Below the pieces are notes generated by a model. That model saw only the letters and a program-made list of their open reading frames with translations, had not been told where the DNA came from and searched no databases. 64,000 bases of DNA from Octopus bimaculoides (taxonomy: Eukaryota), in the NCBI RefSeq assembly GCF_001194135.2, contig NC_068983.1, positions 73,283,153 to 73,347,152 on the forward strand. The letters run 5' to 3'. Below are positions 1 to 12,804 of this stretch, piece by piece (positions within the stretch are counted from its first letter, which is position 1; each line of letters starts with the position of its first letter). The position numbers were made by a program, and so were the translations under genes.

Positions 1-206
1 ATACATACATATACACACACATACATATATATACACACACACTTACATATATAGACATTATACGTGTATATGTACACACACACACACATTGGGAGGTTCT
101 GTGACATAGATGCATATACACTTGTATAGATGTATCTATACATTTTTACATACAGATGTATACACTTATATGTACACATGTGTATATATATGTGTATATA
201 CATTTA

Positions 207-276
<70 letters not shown>

Positions 277-395
277 TATATTTACATACATATATATTTA
301 CACACACACTTATATGCATATGCATATATCAACATATACACATAAATATAACAAATGCACACACACACACATACACACACATACACACACACACA
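1..395. repeat. Compound (TA)n/(CA)n microsatellite tract
   Basis: Directly visible dinucleotide runs. The overlapping YI/HT/CV ORFs are artefacts. Confidence 0.95.
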
Positions 396-1245
396 ATGTG
401 GTGGAAAGTTGCAGGGGTAGTACGTTGGCTATATTGTAGAAGACGATTTTAATACGAGACATTAGTTGTAACTATGGTAGGAGATAAGACCTATAATAAT
501 AATAATCATAACAACACAACTAAAAGAAAAAACAAAAACAAACTGAAAGGACAAACATACCATAAGAAACAAACAAAAAGAAACTAGCTACTTCTACGAA
601 AGAGGTAGATTGTAATTTTAAAACATCAAAACAAAATACATCACGATGCGAGCAATCTCATTTAAAAGCGTTTCATCTTACGTTTTAATTTTTTTTTTGC
701 TTTTCTTTTTTCGTTCAACTATCATTGAAGGAGAAAAGGAAAGCAACAAGAAAAATAAGCAATATCAGAAGCAAAAGATGAAATACGAAGAAAGACTGGC
801 TATAAAAATGCAATATTCAAGCAGTCTTTTAGATAACAAAGAACTACTTCCTTGAAACAGATCGATTCAACCGCACTCAACGTATTAAAAAGATGGACAC
901 GGGAAAAATTTCTTTCTGCTATTTATAGTTCTTTTGAAATCAATGATTTTATAAAACAGCCGAAACGATGTGGCCGTCTCTCAAGGGTCTCGTTTTCTGT
1001 GCGTTTATTTATTTATGTGTTTATATATATTTATTTGAATATTCGAATCGAAATGGAGAACAAGTTATTGTATATATAATATTATCAATTATTTATTTAT
1101 TGACAGCCATCACCAGAACCTTATAGAAGCTTCAACTTCTAAGGAATATATACATATATACATAAATAAATAAATATCTGTATCTCTCTCTATATATATG
1201 TGTATACATACACACACACATTATATATATATATATATATATATA

Positions 1246-1345
1246 NNNNNNNNNNNNNNNNNNNNNNNNNNNNNNNNNNNNNNNNNNNNNNNNNNNNNNN
1301 NNNNNNNNNNNNNNNNNNNNNNNNNNNNNNNNNNNNNNNNNNNNN
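1246..1345. other. Assembly gap (100 N) inside a (TA)n tract. Other gaps: 20797-21701, 33209-33218, 49145-49405, 54999-55780, 57303-57362, 58428-58680, 63874-63883
   Basis: Runs of n, mostly flanked by microsatellite, poly-G or SINE sequence. Confidence 0.99.
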
Positions 1346-1386
<41 letters not shown>

Positions 1387-2240
1387 CCGTATATCCACAT
1401 ATATAGATATGTATACATACATATATATATACTAAAAGTACGATCCTTATCTAGTATACTTGAGGACATGCACTACATACACAAACGTATCGTTATATGC
1501 ATATACTTATGTGTTTGTGTATATATATAATCACATATACCTATGCACATTTATATACATATACACCCTCCCATCTCCCCAACATGCACATACACACACC
1601 AACCAAAAGAAGAATAGTGATTCGATGTGTTGAGTTTACAATAAAAATGATGACGTGTATGAGCAATGTTGTACATAATTGCATAGAAGCGCTTTATATG
1701 CAGACCATACCTTATGCACACACACACACCTTTCTATGTACGTATGTATACATGTTTACATATGTTTATATGTATAATACATGTATACGTATATGTGTGT
1801 CCATCTGCAGATAGATAGATAGATAGACACGCACACATATGCTTATACGTGTATTTATAAAATATGTGCGTTTGTGTGTGTATGTATCTGCATATATATA
1901 TGTATATGTAAGCAAACACTGGTATTGACGTGTGACAGTGTTTATGCATGCATGTACGTAAACATGCATTAGATAACGTGTGCGCTAGTATGTGTGCGTT
2001 GTTATTTATTAAGAATGATCCCTTTGCTAGAATATAAAAGATGTTTGTTAACATAACTGACAAGCATCTCCCTATTCGAATATGGACAGAAAACCATGCT
2101 TACGAGTGTCCTTATATACGCATTGTCGTATATATTATGAAGTGCTCATATTCTGCTTTTGGTATTTGGCTGCTTTTATTTGAAGGATTGCGTAATTGGT
2201 GAAATGACATCAAATGCGAAGATTTAAAAGAATAATTCAA

Positions 2241-2500
2241 GCGCAAGAGTGGCTGTGTGGCAAGTAGTTTGCTTACCAACCACATAGTTCTGAGTTCACT
2301 CCCACTGCGTAGCACCTTGGTCAAGTGTCTTCTACTATAGCCTCGGACTAACCAAAGCCTTGTGAGTGGATTTGGTAGACGGGAACTGAAAGAAGCCCGT
2401 TGTATGTATGTATGTATGTATGTATGTATGTGTGTGTGTGTGTGTGTGTGTGTCTCCCCAACATCGCTTGACAACCGATGCTGGTGTGTTTACGTTCCCG
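2241..2500 (+). mobile_element. tRNA-derived SINE family A, 5' part, cut at 2500 by the Penelope-like element
   Basis: GCGCAAGAGTGGCTGTGTGG A-box-like head, GAGTTCACTCCC B-box-like motif and internal (TATG)n(TG)n. Homologous to the full copy at 35753-36157. Homology stops at TTTACGTTCCCG. Confidence 0.85.
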
Positions 2501-3790
2501 AAACAATAACGACTTCACGAAATTAGTCCTTAAGACAAGGAAAACACCCCCACCAAACAACCACTTAGACGCCTTTGAAAACGAAATATGGGATACCATC
2601 AAGAACCTACAATTCAAACGACACCCGCTAAGAAATAAAAGCTACCAAAAGAACCTAAACGACCTACTACACAAGCTCAAATCACAAAACGGAATTATTG
2701 TTCACTCCGACAAAATAATCAACTGTTACACTCTGGATGTTAATTTATACCACCGACTGCTACATAAGGAAATTACAAAAAAAAAAAAAGCAAAATAGCA
2801 CCGGATACCATCTTAAGATCTATGGATTTAGCAGCTAAGGACATTATGATAGACTATAAATTAGAGGACAAAACTGAACCCTTCGTGCCATCCAGACCTC
2901 GCATCACACTAAAAGACCATAAACCCAATTTCTTAACCGATACTAAAGTAAGATTAATATGCCCAAATAAATCGGACCTATGTAAATTAAGAAAACTAAT
3001 ACTCGACAAATACATCCCTAAGTTAAAAAGTAGAATAACCCTAGAACTATGGTCCAACACATATGAAACTCTAAACTGGTTCTCTAATATACAGAACACG
3101 ATGAACTACAAATTCATACAGATAGACATAGTAGATTAATACTCCTCAATTAACCCTACGATCCTAAATAGCGCCCTAATAGTCCTCAAAAATCACACGC
3201 ATTTAACTATAAAGGAAATAAAAAGTAATTCTAGAAGCGAGGAAATCAATTATAAACTTTGATAAAAAAATTTGGGGTACGAAAGGACTCCCCTAACTCT
3301 TTTGACATCACCATGGGAGCCCCAGATTCATCACAGGTAACTGACCTGGTGGGCATTTATTTGCTATCATGCATACAGGAAGAATTCCCAGAACTCAAGG
3401 GTGGATTATACAGGGACGACGCGCTTTTAATAATAAATAAACCCTCAAATAGGAAACTAGAGTTTATCAAGAAAAAACCACACAAATTCTTTAAAAGACT
3501 ATCTATTTCTATAGAAAAGGAACACAACTCCATTAACTACTTAGACGCAAACTGCAACTTAGCCACAGGACTCTACGAACCCTATATGAAACCCCAACAC
3601 TAACCTCAACTACATAAACGCATCCAGTAACCATCCGAACTTTATTAAGAGAGGTTTAGTACATAGCATTAGCAGCAGAATATCACACCTCTCTTCCAAC
3701 CAACATATTTTTAAAAAGCGTGAGGAAATTTATAATATCGCACTAGTTAAAGCAGGATTTAAACAAAAGATTAAATACCTAGACCCCAAT
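2501..3790 (+). pseudogene. PLE reverse transcriptase domain (fragmented)
   Basis: ORF fragments 2478-2798, 2822-3139, 3259-3603 and an open frame from 3602 carry successive PLE RT motifs. Confidence 0.88.
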
Positions 3791-4689
3791 CACTATACAA
3801 ATAACCTAAATAACAGAAATCCACACGATAATACCATTAACACTAACCACACACCAAACGTCACTACAAACTACACCAACAATAAGAACAGCATAGATAA
3901 GCTCAACAAAAATAATAGCAATAGAAATAATGTTAAGTCCCATACACAAATCACCAATAATATTACAAAGAATGACAACATGAATACCAACAATGTGATA
4001 ATCAATAAAATTAACAACATTAACAAGACTAATAAAACGAATTATAAAAATAAGTTGAAAAATAATAATAGCTATAATAAGAATAATATAAACCTACACA
4101 TCGAAAAGAATGAAAATAAAGGGCCCCAAAGAACAAAGATAAACCCTGCTAAAAATCATAACACCAGGTCATTGAGTCCACATAAACCATACAGAAACAA
4201 CCCTAATAAAACAGACAGGAGCAATAGTAAAGATAAACCCAACTATAGGAATAAACTCGATAGCCATAACTATAATTTCAAACGCCTTACAAACAATGAG
4301 GGTAGTTTCTATACCAGACATAGCAATACTAACAATAAATGTACTAGTGATAAGATCTGGCTCGTAATCCCTTTCGCCATGCACATCAAATCCAACATAG
4401 TTTGCTTATTAATGAAACTAACAGATAAACACTTGGACGCAAATAATAAATGTGCAGCAATATTTAGGAATAAAATTAGGCCACAGCCTGACTAGTAACC
4501 TAGCTACCATCATAGCTTCGATTAATAATAAAAAAAAACTAGACACATTCTACGAAGCTAGGAAAATTAGGAACAATAAAGCTAACAACCAACAGACCAA
4601 TAGAACAAATCCTACCACTAATGAAGCGCCTCATAGTAACACAAAGAGCAGAGTAATAATAGCACCACCCCCCACAACACGAACGCAGA

Positions 4690-5070
4690 TATACCTAATA
4701 ATTTATGTGGCTGCAGGGATAGAAGTAAGTGCCAATTCTCTAATAGATGTAAGACTAAAAACGTAATTTACCAATGTGACTTACACAAAAATAGCCATAT
4801 AAAATCCTATATAGGAGCTACGAAAAACTAAATGATACTTAGGTACTACGCACACCAATCTAGCTTCAGAAATAGGAGTAAGCCAAATTCAACAGGGCTT
4901 AGTAGCTATATCTGGGAGCTTAAGGACAGAAAATAGAATATAGATTAGAATGACGCATACTCGCAAAAACAACTCTATACGGTTCGATCTCTGTTTAACC
5001 GAACGCCTGGAAGTTCTAACGGCTAAACCACTTCATCTTAATAGAAAATACGAGAACAGTTTTTTTATGT
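4690..5070 (+). pseudogene. PLE GIY-YIG endonuclease domain (disrupted)
   Basis: Manual translation: LCGCRDRSKCQFSNRCKTKNVIYQCDLHKNSHIKSYIGATKN*MILRYYAHQSSFRNRSKPNSTGLSSYIWELK, then DLCLTERLEVL...LNRKYE after a frameshift. Confidence 0.85.
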
Positions 5071-5600
5071 CTACATATAGCCCTCTTTGTCTTTTCCAAG
5101 TATCAGTAAACCCGCTCGACCCTGTACAAATCCTACGCTAGCAGCTTCATCTAAATAATCCCATCTAGCCGGGAACCACTTAAACTGCTTACACGCAAAC
5201 ATTCACCTCCCAACCCCCACTCGCTTTACACACCCATAATAATACACCTACACAGGGCTTCCCCCATTACTACGAACTTTCCTAAAAGACACATAAATTC
5301 CTTACTCACCCCGGACTGAGTAATCCGGATAGAGTTAGCCCCCTTTTCATCATGAGTTAGAGTTAACTCCCTTTCTTTACACCGCCGGTGAAAAGTCTAG
5401 CCAGAATAAACACGTGGAAAGTATGTGCTTACTTAAACTTCAGACGACAGATCAGAATAACCTCTATCCTACAGCCACCTCGCAGCAGAATTATCAACTA
5501 AGAAATCTACTATAAAGTAAGACTCACCATTCTTTGTCTTTATTCTCGTTACCAATGTATCCCTATGTCTTTCGCTCTTCTTACCTCTATATATGACTCT

Positions 5601-5654
5601 GCATTCTGATGATGTCTACCACTACAACTGGTAAACAGAAACGATCGTAAATGT
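5601..5654 (+). ncRNA. Minimal type I hammerhead ribozyme in the PLE 3' pseudo-LTR
   Basis: Helix I GCATT(5601-5605)/AATGT(5650-5654). Core CTGATGA 5606-5612. Helix II TGTCTACC/GGTAAACA (7 of 8 paired). GAAA 5638-5641. Palindromic helix III ACGATCGT. GTA cleavage triplet 5647-5649. Confidence 0.8.
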
Positions 5655-5786
5655 ACTATTACTACCACTTTTCTTTATTAATTAATTAAATTAATGGCTT
5701 ACTAGCGCAAACGACCAACCTCTTCCTGTTATCCTTCCTCCATTTTCTTCTTGCATATATACACACACACACACACACACATACCC

Positions 5787-5840
<54 letters not shown>

Positions 5841-5905
5841 GCATATATAAGTAAAAAATACACTGCTTTATTTTGAGTTTGCTAGTGTTAACAATACACG
5901 CAAAT

Positions 5906-5941
5906 AAACTGAAAGAAATCCGTCATATATATATGTATATA

Positions 5942-5984
<43 letters not shown>

Positions 5985-6207
5985 ATATGTCTGTTTTTGT
6001 GTCTGTTTCCCCATCACCGCTTGACAACCGGTATTGGTGACCTTACGCCCGAATAACTTAGCAGTTCGGCAAAAGACACCGATATAAGTACTATACTTTA
6101 AAAAATAATAAAATAAAGTCCTGGGGCCGATTTGTTTGACCAAATCCCTTGTAGGCGGTGCTTCACCATGGCCACAGTCGAATTACTGAAACAAATAAAA
6201 GAATAAC
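5906..6207 (+). mobile_element. SINE family A, 3' half, diverged
   Basis: AAACTGAAAGAA...(TG)n...CGCTTGACAACCG...ACTGAAACAAATAAAAGAATAA matches the 3' half of 35753-36157. Confidence 0.8.
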
Positions 6208-6214
6208 ATACACA

Positions 6215-6521
6215 CATAGGTTTATACTTTAAAGTATTGGGGCCCTGGAATACGTAACACGCTGCCTAGATACCAATCCTGAGAAATTAGGCGTCTCAAA
6301 ACCAGAAAGGAGAAAGCTAATTCGAAGACTACAGATCTAATCCATCACTGGAAGTGTAGAAATCTGTAAAACTTTCCAGAAGTTTATCATTTAAATATAC
6401 ATGAGCATGTCTAGATACTCTGTTGTTTACGTTGAAATTCCAATGAAGGTGCCTTGAATCTAGGTTAGAAACCGGCTCTTTCTCTATTGTCAAGAAATCT
6501 TGCAATAAAACTGAACAATGA
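6215..6521 (+). mobile_element. 3' end of an R4/Dong-like (RLE-type) non-LTR retrotransposon
   Basis: Translation HRFIL*SIGALEYVTRCLDTNPEKLGVSKPERRKLIRRLQI*SITGSVEICKTFQKFII* resembles the R4/Dong C-terminal (PIIIGALG...LQ...GT..I) region. A short 3' UTR then runs into (CA)n. Clade assignment is from memory. Confidence 0.6.
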
Positions 6522-8063
6522 CACACACACACACACACACACATACATATGGACACACACGTACAATGGGCTTCCACACGCTTTCCGTCTACTAAATTCA
6601 CTCACAAGGTGTAAATAAATTATCATCACAGCGAAACACAGAAGTGATGTATAGCTTATCTGCTTATATGAAGTCAACAACTTGCAACTTTATAATGAAT
6701 TCAGTTATACGAAAATGTTTCCGTTGATGTCATTTTATCAATCAATCAAAAGTACCCTTTATTGTGACAACAAAGTAGTTTTAGCTTCCAGTAAATGAAT
6801 GAACACTACATGTTTTGAATTATCACAAACGGTTACGTTTATACAAGCCAATACTCCACGACTATTCACATCAATCTTACATCATGGGTAGAATGTACTC
6901 CGCTCGGATAATTTGTCCTTGAAACATCATATGAATAAAATTTTTAATGTTGTTGCAAAGAAATTTTGGATTATAGAGATATACATGGTATGCGTACATA
7001 CATCTATATACATAGTAGACTAGTATGCGTGCATACACGTTCACGTATGCCCGTGTGTATTAGTGTATTATTTATACTAACAGTTGTGTTGCGTTCTATT
7101 TATAATGACGGAAAATATGTTTACTTAAACGTATTAAAATGATAATAAATGAAGCTAAAACAGAAAACTGCGTTAATTTTTAAAAGGAGGATATTTACAT
7201 GTTGCAACAGACTTTGCGTTGAACTTAGGCGTTTCTGTATGTTAGCGGGAGAACGACTAAGGACGTCACAATCAAACTTATATTAACAAAAATTATTAAC
7301 AAGAAAAAAAATTAATATATAAAGATATTGAAGTCCCCCACAGAAAAGAGCAGATGCAATAGAAACGCAATAAGTTCAGAAACGCATGTGTTCAACACAA
7401 AATATATTACAACAAGTCAATATCCGATTTGAAAATAACACACACACACATCACCCAAATAAGATTGGAGTTATCTCTTTTTTCGTGTCACGAAAATATA
7501 TAAATGCACAACAGCATTTATTATAAACGTGATTACGTCTATATATATTTTTTTCAAATGCTTGGGTATATCACATCAAGAAAGCACAAAGCACACACAT
7601 ACAGAGCTTGTCACAATGCTTTTTCAATTTACGACCACCGAGCACAGTTTGAAAGCTGACATCTGATATTACAAATCCACTGTCGAATTATCATTGCAGG
7701 AATATTTCCTTTCCTTTACCCCCACTTCATTCAACTTAATATTTTCTTGTTTTCTTTCATTTTCTTGATTCCGTTTTGCAAATTCACTGCCTGCCAGTCA
7801 GTTTTACTATTGTGCAAATATTGCCTCCACCCATTTTTGCTAAAATATGTTTGTATGTAACAACTTCAACAGCATTTTTTTTCTTTTACATATTTCATTG
7901 AGATTCATTTACTTTATGTTTTTGATGGCGCAATTTCCTTGGATTCTTCCTCCCACCACCTTATCTTTCTCATATATACATACATGTACATATATTTATA
8001 TACACACACATGCATATGTGCGCGTGCGTGATTATCCTTGAATTAGAATGTGTGCGCGTGAGA

Positions 8064-8112
<49 letters not shown>

Positions 8113-8807
8113 GGAAGGTAAGAGAGAGAGAGAGAGTTTGTAAATATCAAATAATTCTTACAAATATAAATTTGACCAGAGGGAGAAATTTCTTCCAATT
8201 TCTCTTTTATAAGTTACCAAATCAAGATTGCAAAGAATTCACACGAGAGATATAAAGCAACACTGAAAAGATACAATGTCATTAGCACCAACATCACAAC
8301 CGTCAGCAACAACGTCACAACCAACAGCAGCACAACCTTCACCAACACCACAACAACAATGCTGTCCTTTCTCTTCGTCCTCTCCTCATTCTCTCTAGAC
8401 ATCTGTTTCTTCCTCAATTTCATTCATATTATTTCTTCTTTTATAGCTTTGTAAACATATCTTCTCTCTCTCTCTCTCTCCTTCTGTCACTCATATATTC
8501 ATGAGAGTATTTTATATGCATTTATATATATATATATGCAGATATAAATATAAGTATAAATGTATATGCATTTGTGTGTATGTGTATATATATATGTGTG
8601 TGTATGCATGCATATATACATGTATAGACACACATACACATACAAATAATATCAAATATGTACAGGCATTACGCCATCTCTCATTGTCTGTTTATTCATT
8701 TATTCCGAGCTCCCATCTCAATGTCGGTCCTATAATATATATAAACATATATGTTTGTTGCATTTCATTATATATATGTGCATATATACAAACATATCAT
8801 ACGTACT

Positions 8808-8841
<34 letters not shown>

Positions 8842-10579
8842 CATGGATCCAATGCCTTGTTGACGTAATTCCATTTTAAGAAATTTTCAGTGTAGCCAAT
8901 AAAGTATCAACGCTATCTATATACGTTTATTGTTCGCCATCTTTAATGCATATATTTCTATTCTTCTTTTTTAAAGTCTTTCATTTTTGTGTCGTTATTG
9001 ATGCTGTTAATAATTGCATTAAGCTAATTCAAAATTTCCCATATTCAGAATCATATCATTTAAAAGAGTAAAACTTTCTCTTTCTATTCATATACATTTG
9101 AATAACAAGCTATTGGATAACCGGAAGTATTTAAGGTTTACTCATCAGTATATTCTGGTCTCTTTTAAATTTGGCGCGAAAATGATGAACATACGGATGT
9201 GAACAATTGAATGAGAAAGTACTCAATACAGTGAAGTAGGAAGAAGTAAGATTTATTCAAAGTTGAATCTAAGGTTAGTCGCTACTGAAGTCCTGAGTTT
9301 GTGCTTCAACATAGTGGGCTTCCTCGCAGTTTCCGTCTACCAGGTTCATTCACAAAGTTTTGGCCGAGTCGAAGCGATAGGTATTAGGATCTATCTAACA
9401 TGGAATGATTTCGAAGCTAATTTCTTATTCATACGACTGAATAATTAAGAAGTTCGTCTCATAATCACATATCCCAGGTTTGATCTCACTGTGCGGTATC
9501 TTACGGAAATGTATTTATCAGCAGTGTACTTGTCAGGTTAGTGATTTGATCTGAGACCGTGTGTTGAAACTAAAATGGGTGCTACTTGGAAGACACATCT
9601 TAACCATTTGAAAACACACAAAGACTTCACTTAAACATTTATTGTTAATTATTTGGTACCAAAAACTTCGTCTCGGGTACTGCGATCTGGTCACTGACAA
9701 CATTACACTGTAGTTCGCACGATGAAAATGCTGACACCAAATGTGTAAGTGAAGTTAACAGTCATTGTGTGTTGTTTTGAGTGGCTGATATGTGTCTTCT
9801 ATGCTGCAATTGTTTATTATTTATCCTTACTGGAAAAAGATAAAATCACGAAAAAACAAAGGAATAAAGAAAAGAAAAAAAAGAAAAAGGTTTAGGCAGC
9901 ATGACATGGTTCTCTGTAGCCTGAGATTCCGGCAGCCACAGGTGATACCTAAGAATCTCACTCCAGTACACTGTTTTCACTTGTTGGATCTTCACATTGC
10001 TACCTGGAGTGCAATCACTCTCTTCCACTCATTGATTGGTCTTTCACACACTCTCACCCCAACCGACATCAATACATCCTGAAGTTATTTGTGGATATTG
10101 TTATAAATATATGTTCATACCACACCTCACTATGGTCCATGAACAAAACGAAACACAAGCTACCACGAAATAGAAAAAACACTTAAAAGGAAATTTTTTT
10201 AATGCTTTAAAACAATCAACTGACTGAAATATTGCCATTAGCAATACCCTCACTTGCCAGATATAGCTTTGCTCGAATCCAAAAATGATAATCTTCAAAA
10301 TTGCATAAAGATTGTCATCGATAATCAAAGAACAGCACAGGAGAACTGGACCTTTGAAAAATAGAACTCAATTCCGAAAAGTTTTTTTCATTCGCTATAA
10401 ATGCAAGGTTGTTGTTTCATCTGTTAAACCTCTGACTGATGAAAATATAGTGATGCAGACGGTATGGGTGTGATTCAGCAGAAGGAATACTCACACACAC
10501 ACAGAATGTGTCCAATCCTAGTATGGAACAAGGACGGTAAATGACGACGATGATGATACATATATTGCATATGTATATA

Positions 10580-11805
10580 TAGACTTGACTGAAGTAAACA
10601 GGACATCCCACAACACATCATTTTATGCTTATTTTAACTTGAAAAGGTTTATATTTTTTTTATTAATTGACATATTTATGTTTCAGGTTCTATATGTGAC
10701 TGTTTAATCGTACCACATACAAAAGAAGGCTTGGAACTGTCTGAATTTCAAAAAGGCCGTATTGTGAGTCTATCTGAAAGTGGACCTAGTCAGAGTAAAA
10801 TCGCAGGAAACCTTGGGATCCCACTTTCTAAAAGTAATAGAGTGATTGTGCAATTCACCAGGGTGGGCAAGGAGTCTGCATTACCTCGCCTAGGTCGACC
10901 AGGGCCCGCTGACAGGACCCTTCGTTTTGTTAAGTGAAGTGTGGAGGATAATCCTCGTTGCAAGGCCTTTGACATAGCAGAACAAGTTGATGTCAATCAC
11001 AGAACAGCTGACAGGGATCTCTACAAACTTGGTTACTATGGCAGAACAGCAAGAAGGAAGCCACTTCTTCGACCAGCCAATATCAAGTGAAGAAAAGATT
11101 GGGCCAGTGAGATGGTGGAGAGGCTACTGGCGTTGGGACACTGTCATATTCTCTGATGAGTCCAAATTTGCTGTATTTTCTGACAGTGGTCGGATGTGTG
11201 TCTGGAGACTCTGTGAAAAGATTGCAGCCAACAATGAAACACGGCGGCTATTCTGTGATGGTCTGGGGCGCAATTTGGAGCAATTTGGACGATCAGAGAT
11301 GGTGGAGAGTGAGAGAAACATAAACTCAGATAAATATATGTCCATATAGTAGAAAGAACTCCTTCCAATCTTCTCCAGCAGTGAAATGATTAAAGAAGAC
11401 TATTTATGGAAGACGGAGCTCTTTGTCAGATGGCTAAAACGATCCAAGGCTAGTTGTAAGAGAGTGGCATTAAAATGTTTCCATGACCAAGCCAGTTGCC
11501 AGATATGAACCCTATTGGATACCCCTGGGTCATAATGAACAGAAGATTTCATAAAAAGAACAACAAAGCATACTCAACGATCTTTTGAGATTACTGCATG
11601 AAATTTGGCAAGAAATTCCTCGAGAGAATATTCATCTGATCAGTAGCATGTCTAATAGGATCCTTGCATTGAAAAATGTAAAGGGCATGCCTACTAAATT
11701 TGAGATGTTCACATAATAGTTAATAGATAATTTGAATGTATAATTTCAGGTTTAAATCAATTTTAAGGAGTATAATGGTGTCTATTTACTTCTTTCATGT
11801 GTGTG
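10580..11805 (+). mobile_element. Decayed Tc1-family DNA transposon
   Basis: Transposase remnant inside. Only weak TIR similarity (GAAGTAAACAGGACATC at 10591 vs reverse complement of GGTGTCTATTTACTTC at 11777-11792), so the ends are approximate. Confidence 0.8.
10725..11703 (+). pseudogene. Tc1 transposase pseudogene, DD34E with the E mutated to G
   Basis: ELSEFQKGRIV N-terminal HTH, GRP and ARRKPLL motifs, [10 protein letters not shown] (D1), FMEDGA (D2 at 11412), 34 residues to P*PSQLPDMNPIG(E)YPW, C-terminal LISSMSNRILALKNVKGMPTK. Several stops and frameshifts. Confidence 0.9.
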
Positions 11806-12713
11806 TTTATAATATAGATATACATATATGTGTCGAGTCACTTGTGAGGTTCCTCATGAGTACTAGCAGTAATATGGAGCCCAGTAGAACTTGTTTCATT
11901 GTCGGGTCGTCGGCGACTAGACCGGTACCTCCACTAGGTTGCTCGGTGAGGAGGGTTGGTAGAAACACAGCAGAATTATAAACAAAACCTATTAAAAGGA
12001 CGGATGAACCTTGTGTAATTTCAAAGACCATCAAGCAAATAACACAAGCCCCCAGAAATTCAGGTTTGGTGCTCAGCGTGCTGGAAGTGAGGCACTCTTT
12101 AGGTTTTCTAAAAGCATGTCCCTAGAACTCGCTTCAAACTCGGGCCAAGTCTGCTCCGTTCATCGGTGGTGACTTGGACAGCGCATCCTCTGCAACGGTT
12201 GACTATCGACGGAAAGATGAGCTGCTATGGATTACACTATCCCAATGTGTGTACACATGTGACCGGAGACCACATGTGCACTTGTATTCCCACTGAAACT
12301 CCGAACACATCGGAACCGGCTCAAGCTACTCCAGGTGAAAACAGCCACAAGTACAAGTATATATACATAATTTGTATAATATATATATAATAAATATGCA
12401 TATTTATTATATATATATTACACAAACACACATACAAACGCGCACGCGCACACATATATTTATGGATATCCATATATACACATTATACATGTAAGCATAT
12501 ATGAGTGTATATATGCTGACGCACACATATACGTACATACACACACACACATATGCACGCATACACGCATTCATGTTTGTTCACATATATACACATCTAT
12601 AAAGATTGAGAAGAGAGCAAGAGAAATTCTATTCATATATATATAGAGTTTAAAGATTTCAATGGAGGTGCAAGTTGGAGGGAATGTCGTTACACTTGGA
12701 TGAATAGATGAAT

Positions 12714-12714
<1 letters not shown>

Positions 12715-12770
<56 letters not shown>

Positions 12771-12804
12771 TGATGATGATGATGATGATGATGACGACGA
12801 CGAC
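12715..12804. repeat. (GAC)n-(GAT)n trinucleotide microsatellite
   Basis: Directly visible. Confidence 0.95.

Larger units (their letters stand above)
2501..5700 (+). mobile_element. Penelope-like retroelement (PLE), 5'-truncated, C-terminal GIY-YIG type (Nematis-like by motif memory), inactivated by stops and frameshifts
   Basis: RT motifs RITLKDHKPNF, FIQIDIVD, FDITMGAPDSSQVTDLVG, GLYRDD (YRDD 3409-3420) and YINASSNHP. Cys linker CGCRDRSKCQFSNRC, then VIY (4763-4771)...YIG (4808-4816). Pyrimidine-rich 3' region with a hammerhead motif. Strongly A/C-rich coding strand. Confidence 0.9.

Noticed and set aside
110-2063. Many 60-110 aa ORFs rich in YI/HT/CV dipeptides (also throughout the window)
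   Set aside because: These are translations of (TA)n/(CA)n/(TG)n microsatellites with no domain content.
8270-8400. Thr/Gln/Pro-rich or Val-rich ORF
   Set aside because: Degenerate (ACA/CAA) repeat.
11150-11165. CTGATGA hammerhead box here, and at about 29985, 32166, 39140 and 49639
   Set aside because: No helix II plus GAAA follows. The 11154 instance simply encodes FSDE of the Tc1 transposase.
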